From: Candidatus Scalindua sp.
GTDB taxonomy: Bacteria; Planctomycetota; Brocadiia; Brocadiales; Scalinduaceae
DNA length: 32,000 nt
Direction of reading: 5' to 3'
Assembly: GCA_031316235.1 (NCBI GenBank)
Contig: JALDRA010000001.1
Coordinates: forward strand, 780,001 to 812,000
A program made the position numbers and the translations under genes. Below are positions 9,110-18,725 of the stretch, piece after piece; position 1 is the first letter of the stretch; each line of letters starts with the position of its first letter. The notes below the pieces were generated by a model. The model made no database searches. It was not told where the DNA came from and saw only the letters and a list, made by a program, of their open reading frames with translations.

Positions 9110-10477
9110 ATGAACCAGTCCGTAATGGGCAATGCCCTAAACATCTGGGAAGAAGTTCTCAGCGAAATCGAAACCAGAATTGGCTTGCGTATGTACAATT
9201 TATGGTTCAAGAACGTTCGATTACTTTCCCTCAATGACAACACCGCTATCATCAGTGTTCCCAACCTTTTTATACAGAGAAAGATATGCAACAACTTTGA
9301 ACCTTTTATTCGAGAGTCTTTAAAAAATGTAGCCAAAGTCAATCCATCCATACAATTCCACATTGAAAACAGTGCTGTTCAAAAAGAAAACAACAATAAC
9401 CCGATTTCACAATCGAAGCCAGATAATACCTCAAACCAGGATGCGTTAATCCCCAATAATAAGCTATTAACTCTAGAGGATTTCATAGTCGGAGATTGTA
9501 ACAGGCTGGCATATGCTTCTGCCCTTGAAATTTCCAAACCTGGACCAGTAGCATTCAACACTCTTTTCGTTCACGGTGCCATCGGTGTTGGTAAAACTCA
9601 CCTCCTCCAGGGTATCTGGAACAGACTGAAGACAGAATCTGCAAACATCAATGTTGTCTATAAACCTGCAGAAAACTGGACAAACGAGTTTGTATATTCT
9701 TTGAGAGGGGGAGGTCTGGAATCTTTCAGAAAGAGGTATCGGGGTACTGACATCTTTCTTGTCGATGACGTTCACTTTTTATCGAATAAGAAAGGTGTTC
9801 AGGAGGAATTTCTGCATACCTTCAATACCCTGCATAGTCTATCAAAAAGAGTGGTATTTGCGAGCGATGCCCATCCCCGATTAATGGTCCAGCTCAAAGA
9901 GAGTCTGGCCAGCAGGTTCATGTCGGGCATGATTGCTAAAATTGAACAACCGGGATTTGATACCTCCCTGCAAATTTTACGTTCAAAGGCTGCAAAAATA
10001 CGAAAAAAGATCCCTGAGAATGTTCTTGAATTTATATCTGAGAAGTTCAATGAAAACATAAGGTCCATGGAGAGCGCCTTAACAACTGTATTAGCCTACG
10101 CAAACATAAATAAGAAAAAAATCGATTTACCATTAGCCTGTAGCACGTTAAGCGAACTCTATGTGAATGCTGAAAAGAATATAACATTACAGGATATAGA
10201 AAGAGTAATTATTAATTATTACAAAGTTTCCCGAACCGATATTCATTCGAAAAACAAATCTAAAAATATCGTTTTTGCCCGCCAGCTTTGCATGTATCTT
10301 GCAAAAACTCTTACCGATTCCTCATACCAGGAGATCGGGACGTACTTCGGCAACAAAAGGCATACCACCGCGATCTTTGCTATAAACAAGATAAAGAGTA
10401 AAATGAAAGAGGATAATGAATTCAGGTCTCAAGTTGAAAACCTGACAAGAAAAACAAACAGCACTATTTTCTCTTGA
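9110..10477 (+). CDS. dnaA: Chromosomal replication initiator protein DnaA
   Basis: It has the Walker A motif GAIGVGKTHLLQ, Walker B FLVDDVHFL, and C-terminal domain IV ...IVFARQLCMYLAKTLTDSSYQEIGTYFGNKRHTTAIFAINKI. The start was set at the ATG at 9110; the ATG at 9125 is also possible. Confidence 0.93.
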   Translation: MNQSVMGNALNIWEEVLSEIETRIGLRMYNLWFKNVRLLSLNDNTAIISVPNLFIQRKICNNFEPFIRESLKNVAKVNPSIQFHIENSAVQKENNNNPISQSKPDNTSNQDALIPNNKLLTLEDFIVGDCNRLAYASALEISKPGPVAFNTLFVHGAIGVGKTHLLQGIWNRLKTESANINVVYKPAENWTNEFVYSLRGGGLESFRKRYRGTDIFLVDDVHFLSNKKGVQEEFLHTFNTLHSLSKRVVFASDAHPRLMVQLKESLASRFMSGMIAKIEQPGFDTSLQILRSKAAKIRKKIPENVLEFISEKFNENIRSMESALTTVLAYANINKKKIDLPLACSTLSELYVNAEKNITLQDIERVIINYYKVSRTDIHSKNKSKNIVFARQLCMYLAKTLTDSSYQEIGTYFGNKRHTTAIFAINKIKSKMKEDNEFRSQVENLTRKTNSTIFS

Positions 10478-10543
10478 ATGTCCTGGATTTTTATGCTTAT
10501 TTAGAAGCAAGTATTTATCATCTTTTTTTATACAATCAATACT

Positions 10544-10903
10544 ATGTCAAATCTATCTAAAGAAGCAGAAAGACGCATAGATACAAGGCTGGAGCTTTCT
10601 TTACCAATAACATTGTTTGTTGAACCAATAATCGAGTCAATTTCAAAGGACGTCTGTGCAAATGGAGTCTCTTTTGAGGTGGATAAGGATTCCATGGAAT
10701 CGTTTTCTCTGGGAAGGACTATTTCGTTTGAAATTGTTGCAAATATTTCCACTTACCGGCTTCCAAACAAAACCGTTACGCTTTCAGGGACAGGAGTCAT
10801 AGTGAGGAATGCCACAGTCGATAATCACAAAAACAGAAAGATGAGATTTTTCGTAGCAGTTCAGTTCACAAAAAGCCTTAACGTCATGTCAGTAAGTTTG
10901 TAA
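10544..10903 (+). CDS. PilZ-domain protein
   Basis: It has an RxxxR-like motif (ERRIDTR) followed ~25 residues later by a D/NxSxxG-like motif (DVCANGVSF), within a small beta-rich 119-aa protein. Confidence 0.55.
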   Translation: MSNLSKEAERRIDTRLELSLPITLFVEPIIESISKDVCANGVSFEVDKDSMESFSLGRTISFEIVANISTYRLPNKTVTLSGTGVIVRNATVDNHKNRKMRFFVAVQFTKSLNVMSVSL

Positions 10904-11222
10904 AATGAGAGTGTATGGAACGCAGGAAAAACAGCCCGGTATTTTTTAGCGACAAGTTTCAGGCCAGGAACTGCCGATCAGATCAAACTGAACCGCAGGT
11001 GAAGCCTGAGCTGTACTGAGGTTTCAGCGGACGAAGATAGTCCCGATATGATATGCCCTTCCGGCTCATGCGCCTCTTCAACCCGTCTTAATTACCTGGC
11101 ATCAGGTTCACCGGCCTGGACGACACCATCCGTACTGATCCATCGTCCGTGCGGGCGGCACAACGGCAAACATTCTGTCGCGGCAGTGTGACGTGAACAA
11201 CAGGTTATCTTTTCCTGAACTC

Positions 11223-12953
11223 TTATTCATTTTCCAATGTGGACAAGTCCCCTGTAGGCAACCCAAGCTCTCTTGCTTTTAATATCCTTCTCATTATTTT
11301 GCCGCTTCTTGTCTTGGGGACACTTTCTACAAACTCGATCTCTCTTGGATATGCATGAGCTGCTAACCGATTCTTAACAAATCCCTTTATTTCATTTCTT
11401 AAACTGTCTGAGGGTTGATATCCCTGGTTAAGTACGACAAAAGCCTTAATTATTTCACCTCTTTCCGTATCAGGTTTCCCGATCACCCCTGCTTCAGCAA
11501 TTGCCTCATGCTCAACAAGCGCGCTTTCAATCTCAAAAGGTCCCACACGGTGGCCAGCAGTGTTTATAACGTCATCAGCTCTCCCTACAAACCAGAAATA
11601 ACCATCGTCATCCATATATGCGGTATCACCTGTTGCAAACCAATCTGATACACGGAAATATTCGTTGAATTTTTCCCTGTTCCCCCAAATTTCCCTCATC
11701 ATTGAAGGCCATCCCCGTTTCAGTGCCAAAAGACCATGCTTCCCCGGAGGCAACTCTGTCCCCTTCGCATCAATTATCCTGGCACAAATACCTGGAAACG
11801 GCTTTCCCATAGAACCAGGCTTTACAGGCAAACCTGGATAATTGGCTATCATGATAGATCCAGTTTCAGTCTGCCACCAGTTATCATGAATAGCTAACCC
11901 ATAAACCTCTATTCCCCACTTAATAACTTCCGGATTCAAAGGTTCTCCGACACTGCAAATATAGCGGAGGCTGCTTAAGTCATATTTCTTCAGAACTTCA
12001 GCACCGGCCTTCATAAGCATTCTTAATGCTGTCGGTGCAGTGTACCAAACTGTCACTTTCTCTTTTTCTATGATAGAGTACCATTTCTCAGCATCAAACC
12101 TTCCGTCATACACAACCTGTGTAACTCCATTAAGCCACGGTCCCCAAATACCATACACCGTTCCTGTCACCCAACCAGGGTCCGCCGTACACCAATAAAC
12201 ATCCTCTTTCCTTAAATCAAGCACCCACTTCGTTGTTATATAATGAGAAATCATATCATTATGGGCATGGGTTACCCCCTTTGGTTTCCCTGTAGTCCCG
12301 GAAGTATAGAGGATGTAGAGATAATCTTCTGGATCAACCCATCTCATCTTGTAAGATTCGGAAGCCTTGTTCATTTCCGATTCATAACTCAGTTCACCCT
12401 CTTCAAGGGTATAGCCTGAATTAACCAGTATAACGTGTTTCAGCATAGGCAGCTCGCTCTTGACCTCACTTACTCTCTCATTTAATTCGGGTGTGGTTAC
12501 AATGGCCTTTGCTTTACAATCCAAAAGCCGGTCTCTAACCGCTTCAGGACCAAAAGCTGAAAACAACGGACCTGCGATGGCTCCTACCTTTGCAAGAGAA
12601 ATGATACTAATGTAAAGCTCGGGAATTCTTGGTAAAAAGAGAAATACACGGTCTCCCTTTTTGATACCGATATTTTTCAACACGTTTGCAAATTTATCGG
12701 ATTGTCTCTTGATACTTTGAAACGTATACTCCTTACGTGATCCATTCTCGCCTTCCCACACCAAGGCAATCTTATTTTTTTCATTGGTAGAAACATGCTT
12801 ATCAATTGCCTCGTGTGCAATATTTACTTCATCATTCGAGAAACATTCAAAATGCTCTTTCACTTCTTTCCAATCAAAATTCTCGTATGTTTTTTCGTAA
12901 TTTATTAAGCCCTCTTTAACGGGAGTCTTATAAATGATCTCTTTATATTCCAT
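11223..12953 (-). CDS. acsA: Acetyl-CoA synthetase (AMP-forming), short AcsA type
   Basis: The AMP-binding signature YTSGTTGKPKGV is present, along with WCTADPGWVTGTVYG, GEPLNPEV and C-terminal PKTRSGKIMRR. From memory, it is collinear with Bacillus-type AcsA (~572 aa). A GAGGA RBS precedes the ATG at 12953. Confidence 0.9.
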   Translation of the reverse strand: MEYKEIIYKTPVKEGLINYEKTYENFDWKEVKEHFECFSNDEVNIAHEAIDKHVSTNEKNKIALVWEGENGSRKEYTFQSIKRQSDKFANVLKNIGIKKGDRVFLFLPRIPELYISIISLAKVGAIAGPLFSAFGPEAVRDRLLDCKAKAIVTTPELNERVSEVKSELPMLKHVILVNSGYTLEEGELSYESEMNKASESYKMRWVDPEDYLYILYTSGTTGKPKGVTHAHNDMISHYITTKWVLDLRKEDVYWCTADPGWVTGTVYGIWGPWLNGVTQVVYDGRFDAEKWYSIIEKEKVTVWYTAPTALRMLMKAGAEVLKKYDLSSLRYICSVGEPLNPEVIKWGIEVYGLAIHDNWWQTETGSIMIANYPGLPVKPGSMGKPFPGICARIIDAKGTELPPGKHGLLALKRGWPSMMREIWGNREKFNEYFRVSDWFATGDTAYMDDDGYFWFVGRADDVINTAGHRVGPFEIESALVEHEAIAEAGVIGKPDTERGEIIKAFVVLNQGYQPSDSLRNEIKGFVKNRLAAHAYPREIEFVESVPKTRSGKIMRRILKARELGLPTGDLSTLENE

Positions 12954-13356
12954 TGATTTATCCTCATTGGGAGAGTTAGCACTTCCTGCACAACTATTTC
13001 AAAATGGCTGCCTCGCCCCCCCCGACAGGATGAGTATTGTGCCGGCAGATGGCCTGCAGGCCCCTGAGTGGGCAAAGTCATCCGCACGGTTGATTGAGGC
13101 AATTTTGCGCATGTGCTAACGCATATAAAACATGGTTGTGAAATTTCTATATATTAAATTAAATTAACAACTCGAAATCGTCCATTTATAACAAAGCACA
13201 AAATCTATGTCAACAGCCAAGTATATTTTTCATGAATGAAAAAACAAAATTCAAAGAAACCATTGAGAAAACCGTTGTCTTGACAAAGTATTTACATTAC
13301 ACTACAAAAAGTTCCAGAAGAAATCGAAACATTCCACAGAACACAGAAACTTTAAT

Positions 13357-14418
13357 TTGATTAACGTACGCATGAATCCTCCTAACTTTGTCGAAGACGG
13401 CATATCATTTCCCCTCTCTTATCATATTTCAGTTGAGAAGGCAATCGGCATCACGACAACAATACCTATTGAGATCGTTTATGCCGCAGGGTATGTTCCC
13501 ATAGACTTAAACAATATCTTTATCTGTAACAATGACCCTGATGCACTCGTAGACTTTGCGGAGCTGAGGGGTTTGCCCAGGAATACCTGCGCATGGGTTA
13601 AGGGCCTCTACACCACAACGATAAAGACAGGAATAAAGAGAATCATCGGTGTTCTCCAGGGTGATTGCAGCAATAATCAGGCCTTAATAGAAATTCTGCA
13701 GGCAGAAGGTATTGAAACAATCCCCTTCTCATATCCTCACGACAGAGATAAGGATTTTCTCCATCATCAATTAGATTTACTGTCAAAGAGACTTGGAATC
13801 GACCTTGAAAGGGCTGAAAAGATGAAGCTCATACTCGATAAAGTGAGAAGAACTGTACACGATATCGACCGTCTGACATGGGAAGAGGATAGGGTTACGG
13901 GAGAAGAAAATCACATCTGGAATGTCACCACAAGCGATTTAATGGGCGATTACGTACTGTTTGATAAAAAGGCCCTGGCCTTTCGAGAAGAAGTCAGAAA
14001 TCGTCCTAAGCTCAATTATGATATAAGACTCGGATACATTGGAGTCCCTCCAATATGTTCTGATCTCTACTCATTTCTGGCAAATTTGAGGGTGCATGTT
14101 GTGTTCAATGAGGTCCAGAGGCAATTCAGTATGCCATACCACACCGATACAATAGCAGAGCAATATGTTCGCTATACCTATCCATTTGATATTTTCTCCC
14201 ATCTTAAAGATATAAAGAATGAAACAGGGCGGAGAAGGATTGACGGCATCATTCACTATGTCCAGAGTTTTTGCCACAGGCAAATTTACGACAGGCTCAT
14301 ACGCAGGCACATAGATATTCCTGTCCTGACGCTCGACTGCGACCGTCCTGGCAGATTAAGTGGTTCCATGAGGACAAGGATCGAGGCGTTTATTGAAATG
14401 CTTAAAAAGGTAAAATAG
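13357..14418 (+). CDS. 2-hydroxyacyl-CoA dehydratase / benzoyl-CoA reductase subunit family (HGD-D-like) protein
   Basis: The C-terminal pattern YVQSFCHRQIYD...IPVLTLDCDRPG...RIEAFIEML matches the HGD-D family layout. The start is uncertain (TTG at 13357 or ATG at 13372). No partner subunit or activase gene is adjacent. Confidence 0.55.
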   Translation: MINVRMNPPNFVEDGISFPLSYHISVEKAIGITTTIPIEIVYAAGYVPIDLNNIFICNNDPDALVDFAELRGLPRNTCAWVKGLYTTTIKTGIKRIIGVLQGDCSNNQALIEILQAEGIETIPFSYPHDRDKDFLHHQLDLLSKRLGIDLERAEKMKLILDKVRRTVHDIDRLTWEEDRVTGEENHIWNVTTSDLMGDYVLFDKKALAFREEVRNRPKLNYDIRLGYIGVPPICSDLYSFLANLRVHVVFNEVQRQFSMPYHTDTIAEQYVRYTYPFDIFSHLKDIKNETGRRRIDGIIHYVQSFCHRQIYDRLIRRHIDIPVLTLDCDRPGRLSGSMRTRIEAFIEMLKKVK

Positions 14419-14715
14419 AAACAACAGGAATCACTGCACTGCAATTTGCTTAAAAAATACCCGGCTATTACCGAAAATAACCATAGTATTAATACAACAG
14501 CAGATGGATATTTTCGGTCAACTACTACATAGTGAATACATGCTATTTGATTTTATAAAAAATAAAACTCGTCTCAATTCTCTGGTGCGATGGTGAAATT
14601 TTTTTCATGTTGACTATACCCTTGCGTTACAACACCTACCCGGATATTATTACCGAAGCTGACGGGTTTCTCTCTCTTACCCAAGACACACTCATTCATA
14701 GAAAGGACTGTTTCT

Positions 14716-15768
14716 TTGTTAATAGACTATAAAGGGGCTTGTCATATTCATACCGACTACTCGGATGGGAGAATTTCAATTCCTGACGTAGTTACCAGTG
14801 CACAGGATGCCGATCTCGATTTTATCATACTTTCAGACCACAATACCCTTCTGCCAAAGCAAGATGGCTGGGAAGGATGGCATGGCAACCTTTTAGTCAT
14901 TATCGGTGTGGAGGCATCTCCACGATATTCAGGTCATTTCCTGGCACTCAACACACAACCGCTAAACGGGAATAGAGATGCCGCTGATTTCAGCAGATAT
15001 GAATACATGTCATCAAGTGATTGTCTTGACGACGCCTTGGATTACGGTAGCACTGCATATATCGTACATCCGATGGGAATTAAAAAAAGGAACCTGATGA
15101 TAAATCTTGGGGCCTGGCATGATTGGGAACGCAATGGTTTTGCCGGAATTGAAATCTGGTCATATCTGATTGACTGGCTTGAAGACTTGACATTCTCAAA
15201 CTTTCGCCATTTTTGCAAAGAGCCGAACCTGCAGATTACAGGCCCCAATCCAGATTTGTTATCCCTCTGGGACCGTTTAGGACAGGAGCGTAAGGTCGTT
15301 GGTATCTCAGGACTTGATGCGCATATCAGGAAAATACCATTCGCGAGAAGGCCGCTCTTTACCTATGAAGAGCTCTTCCGGACAATCCGAACCCATGTAC
15401 TCATAGACGGGGAATTATTAAAATCCAATGAAGCCATTCACGCTGTTTGTAATGCACATAAGGAGGGGAGATGTTACATCTCTTTTGATCTGCTTGAAGA
15501 CGCTACAGGTTTCACCTTCAGAGCTGACACAGCCGGGAGAAGCTATCAGATGGGTGAGGAGTTCTTCTCTTCAGGAGAAGAGGTTCACTACGAGGCCACA
15601 ACACCCTACCCAGCGACCATAAAACTCCTTAAGGATGGCAAAATATATGCCGAAAGGGATAGTAGTTTTACTCTGGAATTTTCAAGCAGAGAAAAAGGTG
15701 TTTTCCGCATAGAAGCCTACAAAGACAGCAAACCATGGATATTTTCAAATCCAATATATGCCAGATAA
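14716..15768 (+). CDS. PHP-domain metal-dependent phosphoesterase
   Basis: The N-terminal CHIHTDYSDG...FIILSDHN is the PHP motif I/II pattern. The start is a TTG with GAAAGGA 8 nt upstream. Confidence 0.7.
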   Translation: MLIDYKGACHIHTDYSDGRISIPDVVTSAQDADLDFIILSDHNTLLPKQDGWEGWHGNLLVIIGVEASPRYSGHFLALNTQPLNGNRDAADFSRYEYMSSSDCLDDALDYGSTAYIVHPMGIKKRNLMINLGAWHDWERNGFAGIEIWSYLIDWLEDLTFSNFRHFCKEPNLQITGPNPDLLSLWDRLGQERKVVGISGLDAHIRKIPFARRPLFTYEELFRTIRTHVLIDGELLKSNEAIHAVCNAHKEGRCYISFDLLEDATGFTFRADTAGRSYQMGEEFFSSGEEVHYEATTPYPATIKLLKDGKIYAERDSSFTLEFSSREKGVFRIEAYKDSKPWIFSNPIYAR

Positions 15769-15814
15769 AAGGTTTCAGGAACTAATTGTCTGGCAAAAAT
15801 CACATGAATTAGTT

Positions 15815-16549
15815 TTATTTGTTTTTTACATAAATCAACTTAAATCGTCCCTTTGGATTTTCACGTTTTTCAATATCAAATTTTTTAGTTGATTTAATCA
15901 ACGGAGTCAGCTTTTGGAAGCCGTAGTTTCTGGAATCAAAATTGGGTTGCTTTTTCTGTAGAAGATTTCCAACGTCTCCAAGAAATGCCCAACCATCATC
16001 ATCTGCCAAATCAGAGATGGTAGTCGAAATCAGTTTAATCACTTTTGGAGTTATTTTATCGACATCGCTTTTTTGTGAGGCCTTGCTCTTGGGGAGTTCA
16101 GATTCACTTTCATCAGATTGGTTTTTAAGAATTTCAATATAAATGAATTTATCACAAGCAGCGATAAATGGTTCCGGTGTTTTTTTCTCCCCGATTCCAA
16201 ATACTTTCAATCCGGCCTCACGAAGCCTTGTTGCCAGACGTGTAAAATCACTGTCGCTGGATACCAGGCAAAAACCATTAACTTTTTCTGAATAGAGAAT
16301 ATCCATTGCATCAATAATCATTGCGGAATCTGTCGCATTTTTTCCTTTTGTATATCCATATTGTTGAATTGGAGTAATAGCATTTTCCAGAAGGAGATTC
16401 TTCCACTTTGATAGATTTGGTTTTGTCCAGTCTCCATAAATTCTCTTAATTGTAGGATTGCCATACTTGGCAATTTCTTCCATCATCTCTTTCACATAAG
16501 CAGAAGGTATATTATCACCATCTATTAATACTGCGAGTCTTAAATCCAT
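15815..16549 (-). CDS. NYN (LabA-like) nuclease-domain protein with a C-terminal OST-HTH/LOTUS-like domain
   Basis: The N-terminus is LAVLIDGDNIP...GDW...VSSDSDFTRLATRLREAGLKVFGIG (NYN/DUF88). The C-terminus is GWAFLGDVGNLL...FDSRNYGFQKLTPLI (OST-HTH-like). A strong AGGAGG RBS is present. Confidence 0.75.
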   Translation of the reverse strand: MDLRLAVLIDGDNIPSAYVKEMMEEIAKYGNPTIKRIYGDWTKPNLSKWKNLLLENAITPIQQYGYTKGKNATDSAMIIDAMDILYSEKVNGFCLVSSDSDFTRLATRLREAGLKVFGIGEKKTPEPFIAACDKFIYIEILKNQSDESESELPKSKASQKSDVDKITPKVIKLISTTISDLADDDGWAFLGDVGNLLQKKQPNFDSRNYGFQKLTPLIKSTKKFDIEKRENPKGRFKLIYVKNK

Positions 16550-16797
16550 ATAATTTACCTCCTATTTTGTTTTGTACAATAGATCCACAAAGTAATTGTA
16601 AAACGTTGAAAACAATTTTTATATATCAAGCACTGTGATAACAAATTCCGAATAAATCATGCACCCAATAGCAAATTTAGCTACTACACCGTGTTATAAA
16701 AGACAGGTGCAACCTTTAAATTACTTTTGCAATGTAATATACTCATTTCATAATTGACACGACAAGTTGAAAAACTTTATGTGTTTTTAGCACTGGT

Positions 16798-17397
16798 TTA
16801 TTGCAGCAAGTTTTTAATCCCGTCAAGCAGCATTTGAACTGAGATCATAATCAGTATCATCCCCATCAAACGCTCCATAGCCAGGAGTCCTCTTTGTCTT
16901 AATATTTTATACAGAATTGGCGCGAATAATAGTATAATTGCATTTGCTGTCCAGGCAATCAGCAAAGCCAACGACCATTCCATCATCCGTGTAGGATCGC
17001 TTCGTACCATTAAAATTAATGTGGCAAGTGTCGATGGTCCCGCGATAAGTGGAATTGCCAACGGGACAATAAACGGTTCCTCTTGCCCCCTGGCTCCCAT
17101 AATACCATTCTCTCGCGGAAAAATCATATGGATAGCAATAATGAATAAAACAATACCGCCGGCAATGCTGACCGATTCTTGTTGTAATTGTAAAAAATCT
17201 AAAAAAACTTGGCCAAAAAACAGAAAGAATATTAAGATAGCCAAAGCAATAAACACTTCCCTGATTATTATAACCCTACGACGTTTTTTGCTGTAATTTT
17301 TCAATAAAGTTAAAAAAAGTGGTAAGTTTCCTAATGGATCCATAACAAGAAACAAAACCATTGCCGACGAAAGAACTGTACTGCTTATTTCTATCAT
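16798..17397 (-). CDS. MarC/UPF0056 family integral membrane protein
   Basis: A 199-aa polytopic membrane protein with N-terminal VMDPLGNLPLFL, which is characteristic of the MarC family. Confidence 0.75.
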   Translation of the reverse strand: MIEISSTVLSSAMVLFLVMDPLGNLPLFLTLLKNYSKKRRRVIIIREVFIALAILIFFLFFGQVFLDFLQLQQESVSIAGGIVLFIIAIHMIFPRENGIMGARGQEEPFIVPLAIPLIAGPSTLATLILMVRSDPTRMMEWSLALLIAWTANAIILLFAPILYKILRQRGLLAMERLMGMILIMISVQMLLDGIKNLLQ

Positions 17398-17674
17398 TCT
17401 ATTACCTGTTTTAATATTACAATACCGCTCTAAAGATCAGAAAGGTGCTTGCAATTTTAATGCATCTTCCTGTAAACGAGCTCAATTACTGATAAAATTC
17501 AGTTGTGCGAAGCCGCCGGGTCTATGGGTATTCAACCTGCCCGACTACGCCGCCGTTCAGGCGGGTCAGCAGACTTCTTTTAATTTCTCTGTGGGGTCAT
17601 ATTACCCTGTCAACCACTCCATCATCACTTATTCTCTTCTTTTATTGTGACATACCCTCTGTGGGTGGGGTGTT

Positions 17675-18103
17675 TCACTTTATTTCATTAAGGTGATTAT
17701 CCATTTTATTTTCATTACCTGTTTGAGTGGCAGAATCGTGGATCCCGCTTTCCAGTACCCGTTTGCGCATATTGTAGCGGCCCTGTAATTCATCGATTAC
17801 GGTTCCTTCCCACAGTGGAGCGCCAAGCAAGTATGCCACACGCCCGATCATGTGAGCTCCCACCGGCGTCGTCAGAAAGATAAAGAAGATTACAAGGATG
17901 GTTTCGAAAATAACCCAGACCTCACCAAAATAGACGGCTACGGCGCACAGCATCAGAACCGAGCCAAAAGAAGCGGATTTAGTGGCCGTATGCATACGTG
18001 TAAACAGGTCTGGAAAGCGCACAATACCCAGAGCGGCTATAAACATAAATAGGGAGCCAGAGACCAACAGTATGGCGCAGATCCATTCCCGTATCATAAC
18101 CAT
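17675..18103 (-). CDS. mrpG: Na+/H+ antiporter Mrp/Mnh subunit G
   Basis: It is the last gene of a seven-gene co-directional operon. Its size, hydrophobicity and the motif RFPDLFTRMHTATK fit MnhG. It overlaps mrpF by 10 nt. Confidence 0.85.
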   Translation of the reverse strand: MVMIREWICAILLVSGSLFMFIAALGIVRFPDLFTRMHTATKSASFGSVLMLCAVAVYFGEVWVIFETILVIFFIFLTTPVGAHMIGRVAYLLGAPLWEGTVIDELQGRYNMRKRVLESGIHDSATQTGNENKMDNHLNEIK

Positions 18104-18378
18104 CTCCTTTCTAAATAACGCGCAAAGGCCACCGTGCCCAGAAATGCAATCATGGTCAGCACGACTGCCGTATTCAGAAAGACGGATTGTTTGGTAAGTA
18201 TTGTATATCCGGCAATCAAACCGACCGCCAACGAGACAATAAGGTCAAGGGCCACAATCCGGTCGGGCAGAACGGGACCGCGCGCCAGTCGAAAAAACGC
18301 CAGAAAAAGGGATATGATTAAGATAAAAAAAGCAAACAAGACCGCGCCCTTAATCAATGTAAGCTCTTGTAAGATCAT
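18094..18378 (-). CDS. mrpF: Mrp/Mnh subunit F
   Basis: A 94-aa three-helix membrane protein in the canonical position. It has a 4-nt overlap with mrpE. Confidence 0.8.
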   Translation of the reverse strand: MILQELTLIKGAVLFAFFILIISLFLAFFRLARGPVLPDRIVALDLIVSLAVGLIAGYTILTKQSVFLNTAVVLTMIAFLGTVAFARYLERRWL

Positions 18379-18725
18379 CCAAACACCCCCATTACCTTCT
18401 TTTCAAATCCCTCCTTGATCTCACGGCGAAGTCCCTCAAGATCATCGATGTACATGGCGTGGATATATAACACGCTCCCGTCAGTGGAGACGTCCAGACT
18501 CAGGGTGCCGGGCGTCATGGTGATAAGATTTGTCAAGGCTAAAATACCAAGGTCTGACTTGATATCCAGCGGGATGGCGATTATGCCTGGCTTCATGCGG
18601 TGGCGCGGCGTTAAAACATCGTGCGCTACCCGCAGGTTTGCCTGAAAGAGTTCTTTCAGGTAGAACAATGCGAACCAGACAATCATAAACAGTTTTATAA
18701 GGATCTTTCTAAAAATATTAATCAT
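18375..18725 (-). CDS. mrpE: Mrp/Mnh subunit E
   Basis: The position and the motif IAIPLD...[11 protein letters not shown] fit MnhE. At 116 aa it is short for the family, so the true start could differ. It has a 4-nt overlap with mrpD. Confidence 0.7.
   Translation of the reverse strand: MINIFRKILIKLFMIVWFALFYLKELFQANLRVAHDVLTPRHRMKPGIIAIPLDIKSDLGILALTNLITMTPGTLSLDVSTDGSVLYIHAMYIDDLEGLRREIKEGFEKKVMGVFG

Noticed and set aside
17530-17600. A rho-independent terminator downstream of mrpG (the CCGCC-GTTCA-GGCGG hairpin).
   Set aside because: The stem is only 5 bp. In the orientation of the mrp transcript it is not followed by a U-tract, so it is too weak to annotate.
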